A stretch of 64,000 nucleotides of DNA, from positions 8,766 to 72,765 of the forward strand of contig CAZGHP010000001.1 in assembly GCA_964525455.1 (NCBI GenBank), given 5' to 3'. How positions within the stretch are numbered: position 1 is the stretch's first letter; each line of letters starts with the position of its first letter. The position numbers and the translations under genes were made by a program. The notes under the pieces are model-generated. The model searched no databases, was not told the DNA's origin, and worked only from the letters and a program-made list of their open reading frames with translations. This document shows positions 18,643 through 28,120 of this stretch, piece by piece. Source of the DNA: an uncultured Candidatus Saccharibacteria bacterium. GTDB lineage: Bacteria > Patescibacteriota > SICC01.

Positions 18643-19428
18643 ATGGACTATTTGTACGCTGCGGTCCTCGGCATCATCCAAGGACTCACCGAGTTCCTGC
18701 CGGTTTCCTCGACCGGCCACCTGGCCCTGGCGCAGGACTACCTCAACCTCAACCAGGCGGTGTTCGGGCTGCAGTTCGACGCCGCGATCCAGCTCGGCAC
18801 CACCGTCGCGGTGATCTGGTTCTTCCGGAAGGACTTCTGGAACCTCATCCGTCACTGGCGGCGCCCGGAAGAGAAGCGGCTGCTGCTCTCCCTGACCGTC
18901 GCCACGCTTCCCGCCCTGGTGATCGGTGCCGGCCTTGAGAAACAGATTGAAGGACCTTTCCGCGATCCCGCGGTGATCGTGTCGGCCCTGATCATCGGTG
19001 CGTTCGTCTTCTTCGCGGTCGAACGGGTCGCTAGGCAGCGCCGCGGCGTCGGCCAGGCCACCTGGAAGGACGCCCTGGCGATCGGATTCGCCCAGGCGTT
19101 GGCGCTGGTGCCGGGCGTCTCCCGCTCCGGCGCGACGATCTCGGCCGGGATGTTGCTTGGCCTGAAGCGTGAAGCCGCGGCCCGGTTCGCCTTCCTGCTG
19201 TCCGTGCCGATCATCACCGCGGCCGGAGGGAAGAAGCTCGTCGAGATTATCCAGGAGCCGGGCTCCACGGACCGGCTGGATGTCACGCTGGTGGGCCTGG
19301 TCGTCTCCGGGATCGTGGGATACGCCACCATCAAATACCTGCTCAAATTCCTGGCGCATCACCGGCTCGACGTGTTCGCCTGGTACCGGCTGGCGCTCGC
19401 CGCCGTGATCATCCTGACGCTGCTGTAA
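18643..19428 (+). CDS. uppP: undecaprenyl-diphosphatase UppP (BacA)
   Basis: GLTEFLPVSSTGHL and PGVSRSGATI motifs. Confidence 0.92.
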   Translation: MDYLYAAVLGIIQGLTEFLPVSSTGHLALAQDYLNLNQAVFGLQFDAAIQLGTTVAVIWFFRKDFWNLIRHWRRPEEKRLLLSLTVATLPALVIGAGLEKQIEGPFRDPAVIVSALIIGAFVFFAVERVARQRRGVGQATWKDALAIGFAQALALVPGVSRSGATISAGMLLGLKREAAARFAFLLSVPIITAAGGKKLVEIIQEPGSTDRLDVTLVGLVVSGIVGYATIKYLLKFLAHHRLDVFAWYRLALAAVIILTLL

Positions 19429-19438
19429 GCTTGGATAC

Positions 19439-20098
19439 ATGGTCACTGATTTCATCGAATGGGTCTCCGGATTGGCCGTCGCGCTGATCGAAGCGCTTGG
19501 CTACGGCGGCGTCGTGCTCGGCATGGCGATCGAGAGCATCAACGTCCCGCTGCCGTCAGAGGTCCTGATGACGTTCTCGGGTGCGCTGGCAGCGGAGGGG
19601 AGGTTCGATTTCTGGTTGGTGGTACTGGCCGGGGCGGTCGGGAACGTGATCGGTTCGGTCGGTAACTACTACCTCGGTGCCAAGGGCGGCCGGCCGCTGC
19701 TTGAGAAGTACGGCAAGTACGTGCTGGTCCATCACAAGGACCTGGACCTCGCCGACCGGTGGTTCCGGAAGTACGGGTTGGCGGCGGTGTTCTTCACCCG
19801 ATTGCTGCCGGTGGTACGGACGTTCATCTCGTTCCCGGCGGGGGTGTCGCGAGTGCGGCTGCTGCCATTCATCGTCCTGACTTTCCTCGGCTCGTTCATC
19901 TGGTCGGCGTTCCTGGCGTATCTCGGCTTCTACTTCGGCGAGAACTACGAGGAGCAGATCCGTCCGATCTTCAAGCAGTTCGACCTGCTGATCGGCGTAC
20001 TCCTGGTGTTGCTCGTACTGTGGTACGTCGGCCGCCACTTCGATATCCAGGTGATTCCTCGGCGGCACCGCGGCAAGTGGTTCGTCGGCAGGCGCTAA
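19439..20098 (+). CDS. dedA: DedA/SNARE-associated family membrane protein
   Basis: DedA signature G.....Y..G and F.TRLLPVVRTFISFPAG. Confidence 0.85.
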   Translation: MVTDFIEWVSGLAVALIEALGYGGVVLGMAIESINVPLPSEVLMTFSGALAAEGRFDFWLVVLAGAVGNVIGSVGNYYLGAKGGRPLLEKYGKYVLVHHKDLDLADRWFRKYGLAAVFFTRLLPVVRTFISFPAGVSRVRLLPFIVLTFLGSFIWSAFLAYLGFYFGENYEEQIRPIFKQFDLLIGVLLVLLVLWYVGRHFDIQVIPRRHRGKWFVGRR

Positions 20099-20113
20099 GG
20101 GCGTCGCGACGGT

Positions 20114-20203
20114 CCGAATCCGGTCATTCAGCCAGGGCGGGAGTGAAGAACATGATGTGAAATCGGTTCTCGCACTCCCGCGCGGGCTGGGCGACCGGAT
20201 TCG
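20114..20203. repeat. long nested imperfect hairpin between convergent genes (outer stem CCGAATCCGGTC/GACCGGATTCG, inner GCGGGAGTG/CACTCCCGC, tip AGAAC/GTTCT)
   Basis: Read directly; ~90 nt. Confidence 0.5.
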
Positions 20204-20257
20204 TAAGGAGCGCGAAGGTTCTAGAAAAATAGCATAACTAAGACGCTTTTTCAAATA

Positions 20258-20671
20258 CTAGCGCCGGAACCGGTCGGGGACCAGGTCGAAGGCGAACAGC
20301 GACGCCACGAATGCTCCCAGGAACGTGAGGAACAGCGCCAGCAGGAACGCGGAAAGCCGCGGCCGCCGCCGTACGAATCGGACCACGGCCTTGGTGAACG
20401 AACTGTCCTTGGCGCGATCGGCGTGCTCAAGCGCTTGTTCCAGCAACCGTTCGGCCCAGTGGAATTCGAGCGCCAGCAGGTAGAGTCCGGCCGGAATCAC
20501 CGCGAACGCCGGGCCGGGCAGCGCCAAAAGCAGTAGTCCCCAGATCGTCACGACCACGCCGGCGATGATCGTGAGCCCTCGGACCAGCTTGCTGCGGCGC
20601 CGGTGGTTCACACGGCTCTGGCGGAGCCGCTTCACCAAGCCGAATTCGCGCTTTCTCGGGACTCTTACCAT
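20258..20671 (-). CDS. small membrane protein, PGPGW-type transmembrane family (hypothetical)
   Basis: Basic N-terminus, two TM helices, LALPGPAF motif. Confidence 0.4.
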   Translation of the reverse strand: MVRVPRKREFGLVKRLRQSRVNHRRRSKLVRGLTIIAGVVVTIWGLLLLALPGPAFAVIPAGLYLLALEFHWAERLLEQALEHADRAKDSSFTKAVVRFVRRRPRLSAFLLALFLTFLGAFVASLFAFDLVPDRFRR

Positions 20672-21074
20672 GCGCCCGGATGATACACTAATTCCCGTGG
20701 CTTCCCGGAATAAGCTTTCGTTCTATTACTTCATAGGTGCCGTGGCACTCTTTGTCATCGGCTACGGCCTGGCGTGGTTCTCGGAGCAGCCGTTGTTCTC
20801 GAAAGAGGTCTTCCCGCGGTCGGAGGAACGGGCCGACGTGGCGCCGCCGCCGAGCGGCACCCCCGCTGCGGACGGAGATGCCCTGCCGTCCGACACCGAG
20901 GCATCCGTCCGTCCCGGCCGGCAGTACGAGGTGCAGCCCGGCGACACGATCAGCTCGATCGCCGGGGCGAACGGCCTGAGCTTCGAGGAACTCGCCGAAT
21001 ACAACGGCATTCCGTACCCGTACAACCTCGCCGTCGGGCAGATCATCGTGATCCCGGAGGGCGGCGATGAGTAA
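20670..21074 (+). CDS. LysM domain protein (membrane-anchored)
   Basis: TM, Pro-rich linker, and C-terminal LysM YEVQPGDTISSIAGANGLSFEELAEYN. Confidence 0.65.
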   Translation: MRPDDTLIPVASRNKLSFYYFIGAVALFVIGYGLAWFSEQPLFSKEVFPRSEERADVAPPPSGTPAADGDALPSDTEASVRPGRQYEVQPGDTISSIAGANGLSFEELAEYNGIPYPYNLAVGQIIVIPEGGDE

Positions 21075-22362
21075 GGCGCAGCGCGGTGCACCGGAGACGT
21101 TCCGGACCCGGGTCCTTAAGAACGGCCTGACCGTGATAACCGTGCCGCGTGCCGGCACCGAGGCCGCGACGGTCAGCTTCCTGTTCCGTGGCGGCAGCCG
21201 GTACGAGACGCCGCGAACCAACGGCATTGCGCACTTCAACGAGCATGCGGTCTTCAAGGGCGGGAAGCGCTACCCTGATTACCGCGCCGTCACCCAGGCG
21301 TTCGACAAGATCGGCGCGATCTCCAATGCGTTTACCGGCGCGGAGGTGACCGGCTTCTGGGCGAAGACGCGGGCGACGCACATCCTCGACGTGGCCGACG
21401 TCTTCTCCGACGTGCTGACCGCCACCGCTTACGACCCGGCCGAGCTCGACAAGGAACGCGGCGTGATCATCGAGGAAATCAACATGTACGAGGACGATCC
21501 GGCCTCCGACCTCTACCAGGTGCTCGAAGCCGTGACGTTCCCGGATCATCCGCTCGGCCGCGCGACGCTTGGGCCGAAGGAGAATATCAAGCGGTTCACG
21601 CCGGATGACTTCCGGACGTACGAGCGGCAGCACCAGACGCCGGACCGCTGCGTGCTGGTGATCGCCGGCAAGGTGGATGGTCTCGACGAGGCGAAGCTCG
21701 ACAAGCTGCTTGGCCGGTTTACCGGCACGAGCGACGTGCGGCCGGAGCCCGCGGCTTTCACGCAGTCCGCACCCCGGCTCCGCGTGAAGTCGAAACCGAC
21801 CGAGCAGACGCACATCGGCCTCACCCTTCGCGCGCCGTCGCTGGCCGACCGGTCAAAGTCGCCGGTTCTCAGCGTACTTGCCCAGCTGCTCGGCGGCACC
21901 ATGAGCTCGCGGCTCTTCACCGAGGTCCGCGAGAAGCGCGGCCTGGCGTACTATGTCCGCGCGATGCCGGACCAGCTTACGGACGCCGGGACGCTCGTGG
22001 TCGCGGCCGGCGTAAAGAACGAACAGGTCGGCGAAGCGATGGAGGCGATCATGCACGAGCTTAAGCGGCTCCGCGACGGAGACCTCGCCGAAGACGAGCT
22101 CGCGATGCACAAGGATTCCCAGATGGGCCGGCTCGCGCTCCGCTGGGAGGATTCGATGGCGCTCGCCGACTTCTACGGCGAACAGCAGCTCCTGCTCGAC
22201 GAGGTCCGGACGACCCAGGAATGGCTGAAGGAAATCGCGGCGGTCGGCCGCGACCAGGTGATCGGCCTGGCCGAGGAAATCATGGTGGGCGAGGGGCTCA
22301 GCGCCGCGGTGATCGGTCCGCACGAGGAGCGGAAGCTTAAGGGCGCGCTGGCGTTCGGGTAG
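21067..22362 (+). CDS. M16 family zinc metallopeptidase (insulinase/pitrilysin-like)
   Basis: Inverted zinc motif HFNEH (HxxEH) near the N-terminus; 431 aa. Confidence 0.85.
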   Translation: MSKAQRGAPETFRTRVLKNGLTVITVPRAGTEAATVSFLFRGGSRYETPRTNGIAHFNEHAVFKGGKRYPDYRAVTQAFDKIGAISNAFTGAEVTGFWAKTRATHILDVADVFSDVLTATAYDPAELDKERGVIIEEINMYEDDPASDLYQVLEAVTFPDHPLGRATLGPKENIKRFTPDDFRTYERQHQTPDRCVLVIAGKVDGLDEAKLDKLLGRFTGTSDVRPEPAAFTQSAPRLRVKSKPTEQTHIGLTLRAPSLADRSKSPVLSVLAQLLGGTMSSRLFTEVREKRGLAYYVRAMPDQLTDAGTLVVAAGVKNEQVGEAMEAIMHELKRLRDGDLAEDELAMHKDSQMGRLALRWEDSMALADFYGEQQLLLDEVRTTQEWLKEIAAVGRDQVIGLAEEIMVGEGLSAAVIGPHEERKLKGALAFG

Positions 22363-22372
22363 ACTGGAGCGT

Positions 22373-22963
22373 ATGAAACACATCAAGCAGGAACGGACAT
22401 TGGTACTGGTAAAGCCGGACGGCGTGGTGCGCGGGCTTACCGGCGAGGTATTACAGCGGATCGAGCGGCGCGGCCTCAAGGTAGTCGCGCTGAAGATGGT
22501 GCACGTGGAGCGCGGACATCTGGAAAGACATTTCCCGGACGATCCGGAATGGATGGCGCGGCTCGGTGACAAGGGCCTCAAGACCTTCGCCGAATACAAG
22601 ATCGATCCCAAGGAACACATGGGGACGGACGACCGCATGGAGATCGGTAAGAAAGTGAAGGAGAGCCTCTTCGAATACATGGCGAGCGGCCCGATCGTGG
22701 CGCTGGTGGTCGAAGGGCTCCACGCCATCGACATGGTGCGCAAGCTCGCTGGCAACACGCTGCCGGTGTTCGCCGACATGGGCACGGTCCGCGGCGACTT
22801 CTCCGTGGACTCGCCGGCGATCGCGAACGTCGAGGGGCGGGCGATCAAGAACATCATGCACGCCTCGGAAACGCCGGAAGAGGCGAAGAACGAGATCGAT
22901 CTCTGGTTTGAAAAGAACGAGCTCCACTCCTACCGGCGCGCCGACGAAGCGGCGATGTTTTAA
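22373..22963 (+). CDS. ndk: nucleoside diphosphate kinase
   Basis: ERTLVLVKPDGV and NIMHASET motifs; extended form, 196 aa. Confidence 0.85.
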   Translation: MKHIKQERTLVLVKPDGVVRGLTGEVLQRIERRGLKVVALKMVHVERGHLERHFPDDPEWMARLGDKGLKTFAEYKIDPKEHMGTDDRMEIGKKVKESLFEYMASGPIVALVVEGLHAIDMVRKLAGNTLPVFADMGTVRGDFSVDSPAIANVEGRAIKNIMHASETPEEAKNEIDLWFEKNELHSYRRADEAAMF

Positions 22964-22964
22964 G

Positions 22965-23393
22965 ATGTCGGATACCGCCGATCAGGATCGCGTACTCCAG
23001 GTCGGAGTGAAGGCGGTCATCACCGACGATCGGGGGCGGATCCTGCTGCTGAAGCGGAGCACGCCGTTCCATGGCGAGGATGTCTTGAAGTGGGACATTC
23101 CGGGAGGCCGGATCGATGCCGGCGAGGAACTTGCCGATGCGCTGGAACGGGAAGTGAAAGAAGAGACGGGGCTCGACCTGGGGTCGATCGACGGCATCTT
23201 CCACGTACAGGACATCCTCTTCAACCCCAAGCTGCACGTGGTCCGGATCACCTACCTGGTGCGTGCGGCCGGCGACGTGCAGTTGAGTGACGAGCACGTC
23301 GACCACCGCTGGGCTTCTCGGGACGAGCTGCCGCTGGATCCGACCGATATCTATTTCGTGGACGCGATCAAAGCGAACGGGTGGATTAAGTAG
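22965..23393 (+). CDS. NUDIX hydrolase
   Basis: NUDIX box GGRIDAGEELADALEREVKEETGL. Confidence 0.85.
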   Translation: MSDTADQDRVLQVGVKAVITDDRGRILLLKRSTPFHGEDVLKWDIPGGRIDAGEELADALEREVKEETGLDLGSIDGIFHVQDILFNPKLHVVRITYLVRAAGDVQLSDEHVDHRWASRDELPLDPTDIYFVDAIKANGWIK

Positions 23394-23411
23394 GTTTATA
23401 CTGCAAGGGTA

Positions 23412-23966
23412 ATGAAGCGGATCAAGGTATATCTTGCTGGCAAAGTGAGTCCCGGATCGCCACACGTGGGCGAATCATGGCGGGAGGAATACTGCGGAAT
23501 ACTGAATGACCGTACCGGCTTGGACATCCAGAACCTTAATCCGTCGCGCGGCACCGTTACCTACGAGGTGGATGAAGGCGATCCCCGGGCTGTCTTCGGA
23601 CGTGACTGCTTCATGATCCAACAATCGGATGTGGTGGTGGTGAACCTTACGGACGACATCAGCGTCGGGGGATCCCAGGAGATGCTCATCGCGAAGTACT
23701 TCAAGAAACTGCTATTGGGCATTGCTCCGGTGGACGGTAAATTCCGCAAGGCACAGGCTGAGATCAGAGGGAAAAAGTACAACGATTACGTTCATCCTTT
23801 CGTGAAGCTTCCCTGCGATGCCATCGTGGACGACATTGAGGCGGTGGGAGACTATCTCGCGACGTACTTTCGAAAACGCCGGAGACAGGTCAAGGATATC
23901 GATGTCATCGACAAGTCGATCCAGTATTACATCGACGATCTGCTAGAGAAAAGCATTGTGCAGTAA
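23412..23966 (+). CDS. nucleoside 2-deoxyribosyltransferase-like protein (Rcl/NDT superfamily)
   Basis: N-terminal KVYLAGK Rossmann-like start and a GGSQEM candidate catalytic Glu, typical of the NDT fold. Confidence 0.5.
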   Translation: MKRIKVYLAGKVSPGSPHVGESWREEYCGILNDRTGLDIQNLNPSRGTVTYEVDEGDPRAVFGRDCFMIQQSDVVVVNLTDDISVGGSQEMLIAKYFKKLLLGIAPVDGKFRKAQAEIRGKKYNDYVHPFVKLPCDAIVDDIEAVGDYLATYFRKRRRQVKDIDVIDKSIQYYIDDLLEKSIVQ

Positions 23967-23971
23967 GCCGT

Positions 23972-24604
23972 ATGAACCGCGATACTCAACTTCTGTTTGA
24001 GATGGGCGCGCTGCGCCGGATGCCGCGGCAGTGGTTCCGATTCTTCGGAGCGGCCGACTTACAGAACATCACGGAGCACACGTTCCGGGTCGCGTGGATC
24101 GCATTGGTATTGGCGACCCGCGAAAAAGCCGGTGACACCGGCAAGGTCGTGAAACTGGCCCTGGTGCACGATGCAGTGGAGAGCCGCTCGACCGACGTGG
24201 ACTATCTGAGTCGACAGTACGTTGATCGGAACGAGGGTAAAGCCGCCAAGGATATCTTTCAGGACACTACCCTGGCTGATGAATTCACGAAGCTCTGGAA
24301 GGAATACGAGGTTCGGGAAACGATCGAAGCGAAGATCGTGAAGGATGCCGATCTCCTGGACCAGGACATGGAGATGCGTGAGCAGACGGCCCTCGGCGTC
24401 CCGATGGAGCGGCTCTGGAAGGAAGACCGTCGCAAGGTCGTCCGGGAAAAGCTTCACACCAAGGCAGCGACGGACCTGTGGGATGAGATTTATGCGTCCG
24501 ACCCTTACGACTGGCACGCGAAAGGCCAGAACCGGTTCCATGCGGGGGATTGGCAGGCAGAACCGCCCGCACAGGAGGAACCGGACGATGTCGGAAAGTC
24601 CTGA
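23972..24604 (+). CDS. HD domain phosphohydrolase (YfbR-like 5'-deoxynucleotidase family)
   Basis: H..R, HDAVES and KDADLLD metal-binding motifs. Confidence 0.7.
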   Translation: MNRDTQLLFEMGALRRMPRQWFRFFGAADLQNITEHTFRVAWIALVLATREKAGDTGKVVKLALVHDAVESRSTDVDYLSRQYVDRNEGKAAKDIFQDTTLADEFTKLWKEYEVRETIEAKIVKDADLLDQDMEMREQTALGVPMERLWKEDRRKVVREKLHTKAATDLWDEIYASDPYDWHAKGQNRFHAGDWQAEPPAQEEPDDVGKS

Positions 24605-25211
24605 GCTGCTGTACGCGACCAACAACCCCGGCAAGCTGGACGAGGTCGGGACGTTCCTGCGTGACCTGATGCCGATCGAGTCGCCGAAGGGCCTGGGGAT
24701 CCGGATCGAGGTCGAGGAGACCGGTGCGACGCTCGAGGAGAACGCGTTACTCAAGGCGCGGGCGTTCCGGGCGGAAGCGCCGCCGGAGATTATCGTGATG
24801 GCGGATGATACCGGCCTGGAGATAGACGCGCTGGGGGGCGAACCCGGCGTGAAGGTCCGGCGCTGGCTGGATGGCAAGACCGAAGCGACGGACGAGCAGA
24901 TCATCACGCACTGCCTGGAGCGGATGCGCGGCATTCCGAAGGGCGAGCGCGCGGCGCAATTCCGGACCGTGATCGCCCTGATCCCGCCGGACGGGAGCGA
25001 ACGGCTGTTCGACGGCACCCTGCGCGGGGAGATCGCCGAGGAGGCCCTGCCGCTCCGCATGCCGGGCTTCCCGTTCCGCGGCCTCTTCTTCGTGACCGAA
25101 GCCGGGAAGTTTCTCGGCGAGTTGGAAGATGCCCCGGAGCAGGCCGTTCTGACCCATCGCCAGGCTGCCGTACAAAAAGCGGTCGATTGGCTCCGGGATT
25201 ACAATAAGTAA
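24588..25211 (+). CDS. rdgB: non-canonical purine NTP pyrophosphatase RdgB/Ham1 (dITP/XTP pyrophosphatase)
   Basis: LLYATNNPGKL, ADDTGLE and FRG motifs; start at the internal Met at 24588. Confidence 0.85.
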   Translation: MSESPELLYATNNPGKLDEVGTFLRDLMPIESPKGLGIRIEVEETGATLEENALLKARAFRAEAPPEIIVMADDTGLEIDALGGEPGVKVRRWLDGKTEATDEQIITHCLERMRGIPKGERAAQFRTVIALIPPDGSERLFDGTLRGEIAEEALPLRMPGFPFRGLFFVTEAGKFLGELEDAPEQAVLTHRQAAVQKAVDWLRDYNK

Positions 25212-25214
25212 GCT

Positions 25215-25287
25215 GGCCCTGTAGCTCAGCGGACAGAGCGTCTCCGTCCTAAGGAGAGCGTCGGGGGTTCGACTCCCTCCAGGGCCT
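25215..25287 (+). tRNA. tRNA-Arg (anticodon CCT)
   Basis: GGCCCTG/CAGGGCC acceptor, GGGTTCGACTCCC T-arm, anticodon loop GTCCTAA. Confidence 0.8.
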
Positions 25288-25292
25288 CAGTG

Positions 25293-26021
25293 TTACCAAT
25301 CGATCGGCTTGCGATCGTGGAAGAAGCCGCCGGTCGGGCCGTCGTCCGGCAAGGTCGCCAGCCAGACGGTCGTATCGATCCCTTCCGCGACGGAGCGTTC
25401 GGCGTTCTCGCCGCCGAGGCCGGTCCGCACCCAGCCGGGCGAGGATGCGTTCACCTTGATATCGTCGCCGTCGGTCTCCGCGGCCAGGATCCGGGTGAAG
25501 GCGTTCATCGCCGCCTTCGATGCGCGGTAACCGGCATTGCCGCCGCCCATCGAGGACAATTGGCCCATCCGGCTGGAAACGTTCACGATCCGGCCGTAGC
25601 CGTCGCGTTGCATCAGCGGGAGCAGCGCCTGGGCCGTAAGGAACGCACCGAGCGCGTTCGTCTCGAACGAGTCCCGCAGCGATTTCGTCGTGGCCTTGAG
25701 TGCCGCCGCGTGCTGTTCCGGGTGGTCGTGGTCGAATTCCTCGAATACGCCGCCGGCGTTGTTCACCAGCACATCGCAGCGGCCGAGTTCCTTCTCCACG
25801 AATGCTGCAAGGTCGGCGATGGACCGCTCGTCGGTCACGTCGAGTTGGTGAGGGATGACCAAGAGCCCGTCGGCCGTCAGGCGCTTGACGGCTTGCTCCG
25901 CGTCCTGCGCCCGCCGGGCAGTCAGCACGACCCGATACTTCTTTTCCGCCAACGCCCGCGCGGTCGCGAACCCCATCCCTCGGTTCGCTCCGGTCACGAC
26001 GGCGACTTTCTGGTCTCCCAT
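25293..26021 (-). CDS. short-chain dehydrogenase/reductase (SDR) family oxidoreductase
   Basis: TGANRGMG cofactor motif, NNAG, and YRASKAA catalytic motif. Confidence 0.88.
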   Translation of the reverse strand: MGDQKVAVVTGANRGMGFATARALAEKKYRVVLTARRAQDAEQAVKRLTADGLLVIPHQLDVTDERSIADLAAFVEKELGRCDVLVNNAGGVFEEFDHDHPEQHAAALKATTKSLRDSFETNALGAFLTAQALLPLMQRDGYGRIVNVSSRMGQLSSMGGGNAGYRASKAAMNAFTRILAAETDGDDIKVNASSPGWVRTGLGGENAERSVAEGIDTTVWLATLPDDGPTGGFFHDRKPIDW

Positions 26022-26075
26022 GTCCTCACCATACCGAGTCGGGCGCTTTCATAAAGCCTGCGGTAGAATGGCGGC

Positions 26076-26276
26076 GTGCACGCGAAAACGAAAAAGCGTA
26101 TCAACCTGATCATCATCTGGGCGTTGGTCATCCTCTTCGGGGCCAGTACGTTCCTCCTGTACCTGCCGGTCGCCGGACCGGAGCCGACGCCTGCGCCGGC
26201 GGTTCCGGTGACAGACCCCGGCACGGGAGCACAGACGGTCACCGTTCCGGAAGCCGCTGCCACGCCAGGGCCGTAA
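26076..26276 (+). CDS. small membrane protein, hypothetical (GTG start)
   Basis: One TM and a Pro/Thr-rich tail; weak RBS. Confidence 0.25.
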   Translation: MHAKTKKRINLIIIWALVILFGASTFLLYLPVAGPEPTPAPAVPVTDPGTGAQTVTVPEAAATPGP

Positions 26277-26288
26277 CCGCGCCGTGCC

Positions 26289-26948
26289 ATGCAGAATCCG
26301 TTCGAAGTCACGATCCAGAACCAGGCGGACGACGAGGAGGTCGTCCGGACCTGGCGGCACCATCCGATCACGCTGGTCGGCCCGGTCCTGAAGGTCATCG
26401 CCTTCGCCCTGATTCCGGTGGTACTCCTGTTCATCGCCGGCTTCGCGATGTTCTCGAGCCCCTTCCTGTTCGTCGTCTACGTGGTGATCCTGGCGCTGGT
26501 CCTCACCTATGCCGCCTATGAATGGGTCAGCTGGTGGGGCGACGTCTATATCCTCACCAATTACCGGATCATCGACGTGGAGCAGCGCGGCTTCTTCCAC
26601 CGGAAGTTCTCGGAAGCCACGCTCGGTAAGATCCAGGACATCAGCCACGAAGTCTCCGGGGTCTTCGCCACCGTCTTCGACTTCGGGACGGTGCTGGTGC
26701 AGACGGCGGGCTCGCTGCCGAACATCGGCCTCAACGACATCGCGAAGCCCCAAGCCCAAGCGCTGTTCTTACTGAAGGCGCAGCAAGCGTACTTGGAGGA
26801 CGAGGACCATGATCTCACGGCCCAGGAGCTGATCGAACTGCTCGGCAAGCATCGTCGCGACCTGGAGAAGATCGCGGAGGCGGACAAGGAGGTCCGGCAG
26901 GCCGCCGTGGAGAAACAGATGGACGACGCCAAGAAGAAAAAGCGATGA
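26289..26948 (+). CDS. membrane protein with bacterial PH-like (YdbS/YdbT-type) domain and C-terminal charged coiled tail
   Basis: Two TMs followed by a YRIIDVEQ....K...I.DI beta-sandwich-like segment. Confidence 0.45.
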   Translation: MQNPFEVTIQNQADDEEVVRTWRHHPITLVGPVLKVIAFALIPVVLLFIAGFAMFSSPFLFVVYVVILALVLTYAAYEWVSWWGDVYILTNYRIIDVEQRGFFHRKFSEATLGKIQDISHEVSGVFATVFDFGTVLVQTAGSLPNIGLNDIAKPQAQALFLLKAQQAYLEDEDHDLTAQELIELLGKHRRDLEKIAEADKEVRQAAVEKQMDDAKKKKR

Positions 26949-28120
26949 GAGAGGCGCGGATCGCCGTCAACGGGCTGTTCCTCAGCCGGCCGCACACGGG
27001 GATGGGCCGCTACACGATCGGCTTGCTCAAGGCGCTCCCGGCCGCCATGCGCGGTACGGAGTTCGTGACGTTCGTACCGGAGAAGGTGAAACTCGACCTC
27101 CCGGCCGCGGTCCGCACCGTCGTGGTACCGCCCAAACGATCGCTCTTCGGCCGCGGGAAGGCGCTCGACGATTGGGAGCGGAACCGGATCGGGCTGGCGG
27201 CGGGCCAACTCAAGGCGCACCTGATCTTCCAGCCGTATCCGACGCCGCCGGTCCGGAACCCGTTCGACGTGCCGGTAGCCATGGCCGTCCACGACGTGAT
27301 TCCATGGCAGTTGCCCCGCTACCGGCGCTCGCTCCGCTCGCGCCTCAAGCTCCGCGGCGTGCTCCGCGGCATCCGCGCCGCCGACCACCTGCTTACGGTG
27401 AGCAAAGCCTCGGCCAAGGGGATTACCTGGGCGAGCGGCATCCGCAACCGCATCACCGTGACGTACGAAGGGCTCGAACCGGAATTCCGGAAGCCTCCGC
27501 CCGCCGCCGCCATCACGGCGACCCGCAAACGCTTCGGGCTGACACGGCCGTTCGTGCTCTACCTCGGCGGGTACGATTACCGGAAGAACGTCCGCGGCCT
27601 GATCCGCGGATTCGCGGAGTCCGGGTTGCCCCGGGGCCACGACCTGGTGCTGGCCGGAGCGCTGACGGCGCCGGCGTCAGCGCTCTACGAGGACTTCCAT
27701 AAGCTGCCGATCCTGATCGCACAGGCGGGGATCACCAAACAGGTCCGCGCCATCGGTTTCGTGTCCGAGCCGGAAAAGCGGGCGTTGCTCGCCGGGGCCG
27801 ATGCGTTCTGCTATCCGTCGCTGGCCGAAGGGTTCGGGTTGCCGGTCCTGGAGGCGTTGGCGTCGGGGACGCCGGTGGCCGCGTCCGACATCGATACCAC
27901 ACGGGAACTGTTCGCCGATGCCTACGAACCGTTCCGCCCCGACCATGTCGAGGAGATCGCCGCCGCCGTACGTGATGCAGCCCGGGAACCGGACGAGCGG
28001 AAAGTCGCCAAAGGGCGGGAGTGGGCCGGACGGTACACTTGGCCGGCCGCCGCCGAGCGCACGGCCGCCGTCTTCGCCGACCTGATCAAACGCCGTGCGT
28101 CGGGAGGAACGCGGCGCTAG
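26945..28120 (+). CDS. glycosyltransferase family 4 (GT-B, RfaB-like)
   Basis: EGFGLPVLEALASGTPV motif of GT4 enzymes. Confidence 0.85.
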   Translation: MREARIAVNGLFLSRPHTGMGRYTIGLLKALPAAMRGTEFVTFVPEKVKLDLPAAVRTVVVPPKRSLFGRGKALDDWERNRIGLAAGQLKAHLIFQPYPTPPVRNPFDVPVAMAVHDVIPWQLPRYRRSLRSRLKLRGVLRGIRAADHLLTVSKASAKGITWASGIRNRITVTYEGLEPEFRKPPPAAAITATRKRFGLTRPFVLYLGGYDYRKNVRGLIRGFAESGLPRGHDLVLAGALTAPASALYEDFHKLPILIAQAGITKQVRAIGFVSEPEKRALLAGADAFCYPSLAEGFGLPVLEALASGTPVAASDIDTTRELFADAYEPFRPDHVEEIAAAVRDAAREPDERKVAKGREWAGRYTWPAAAERTAAVFADLIKRRASGGTRR

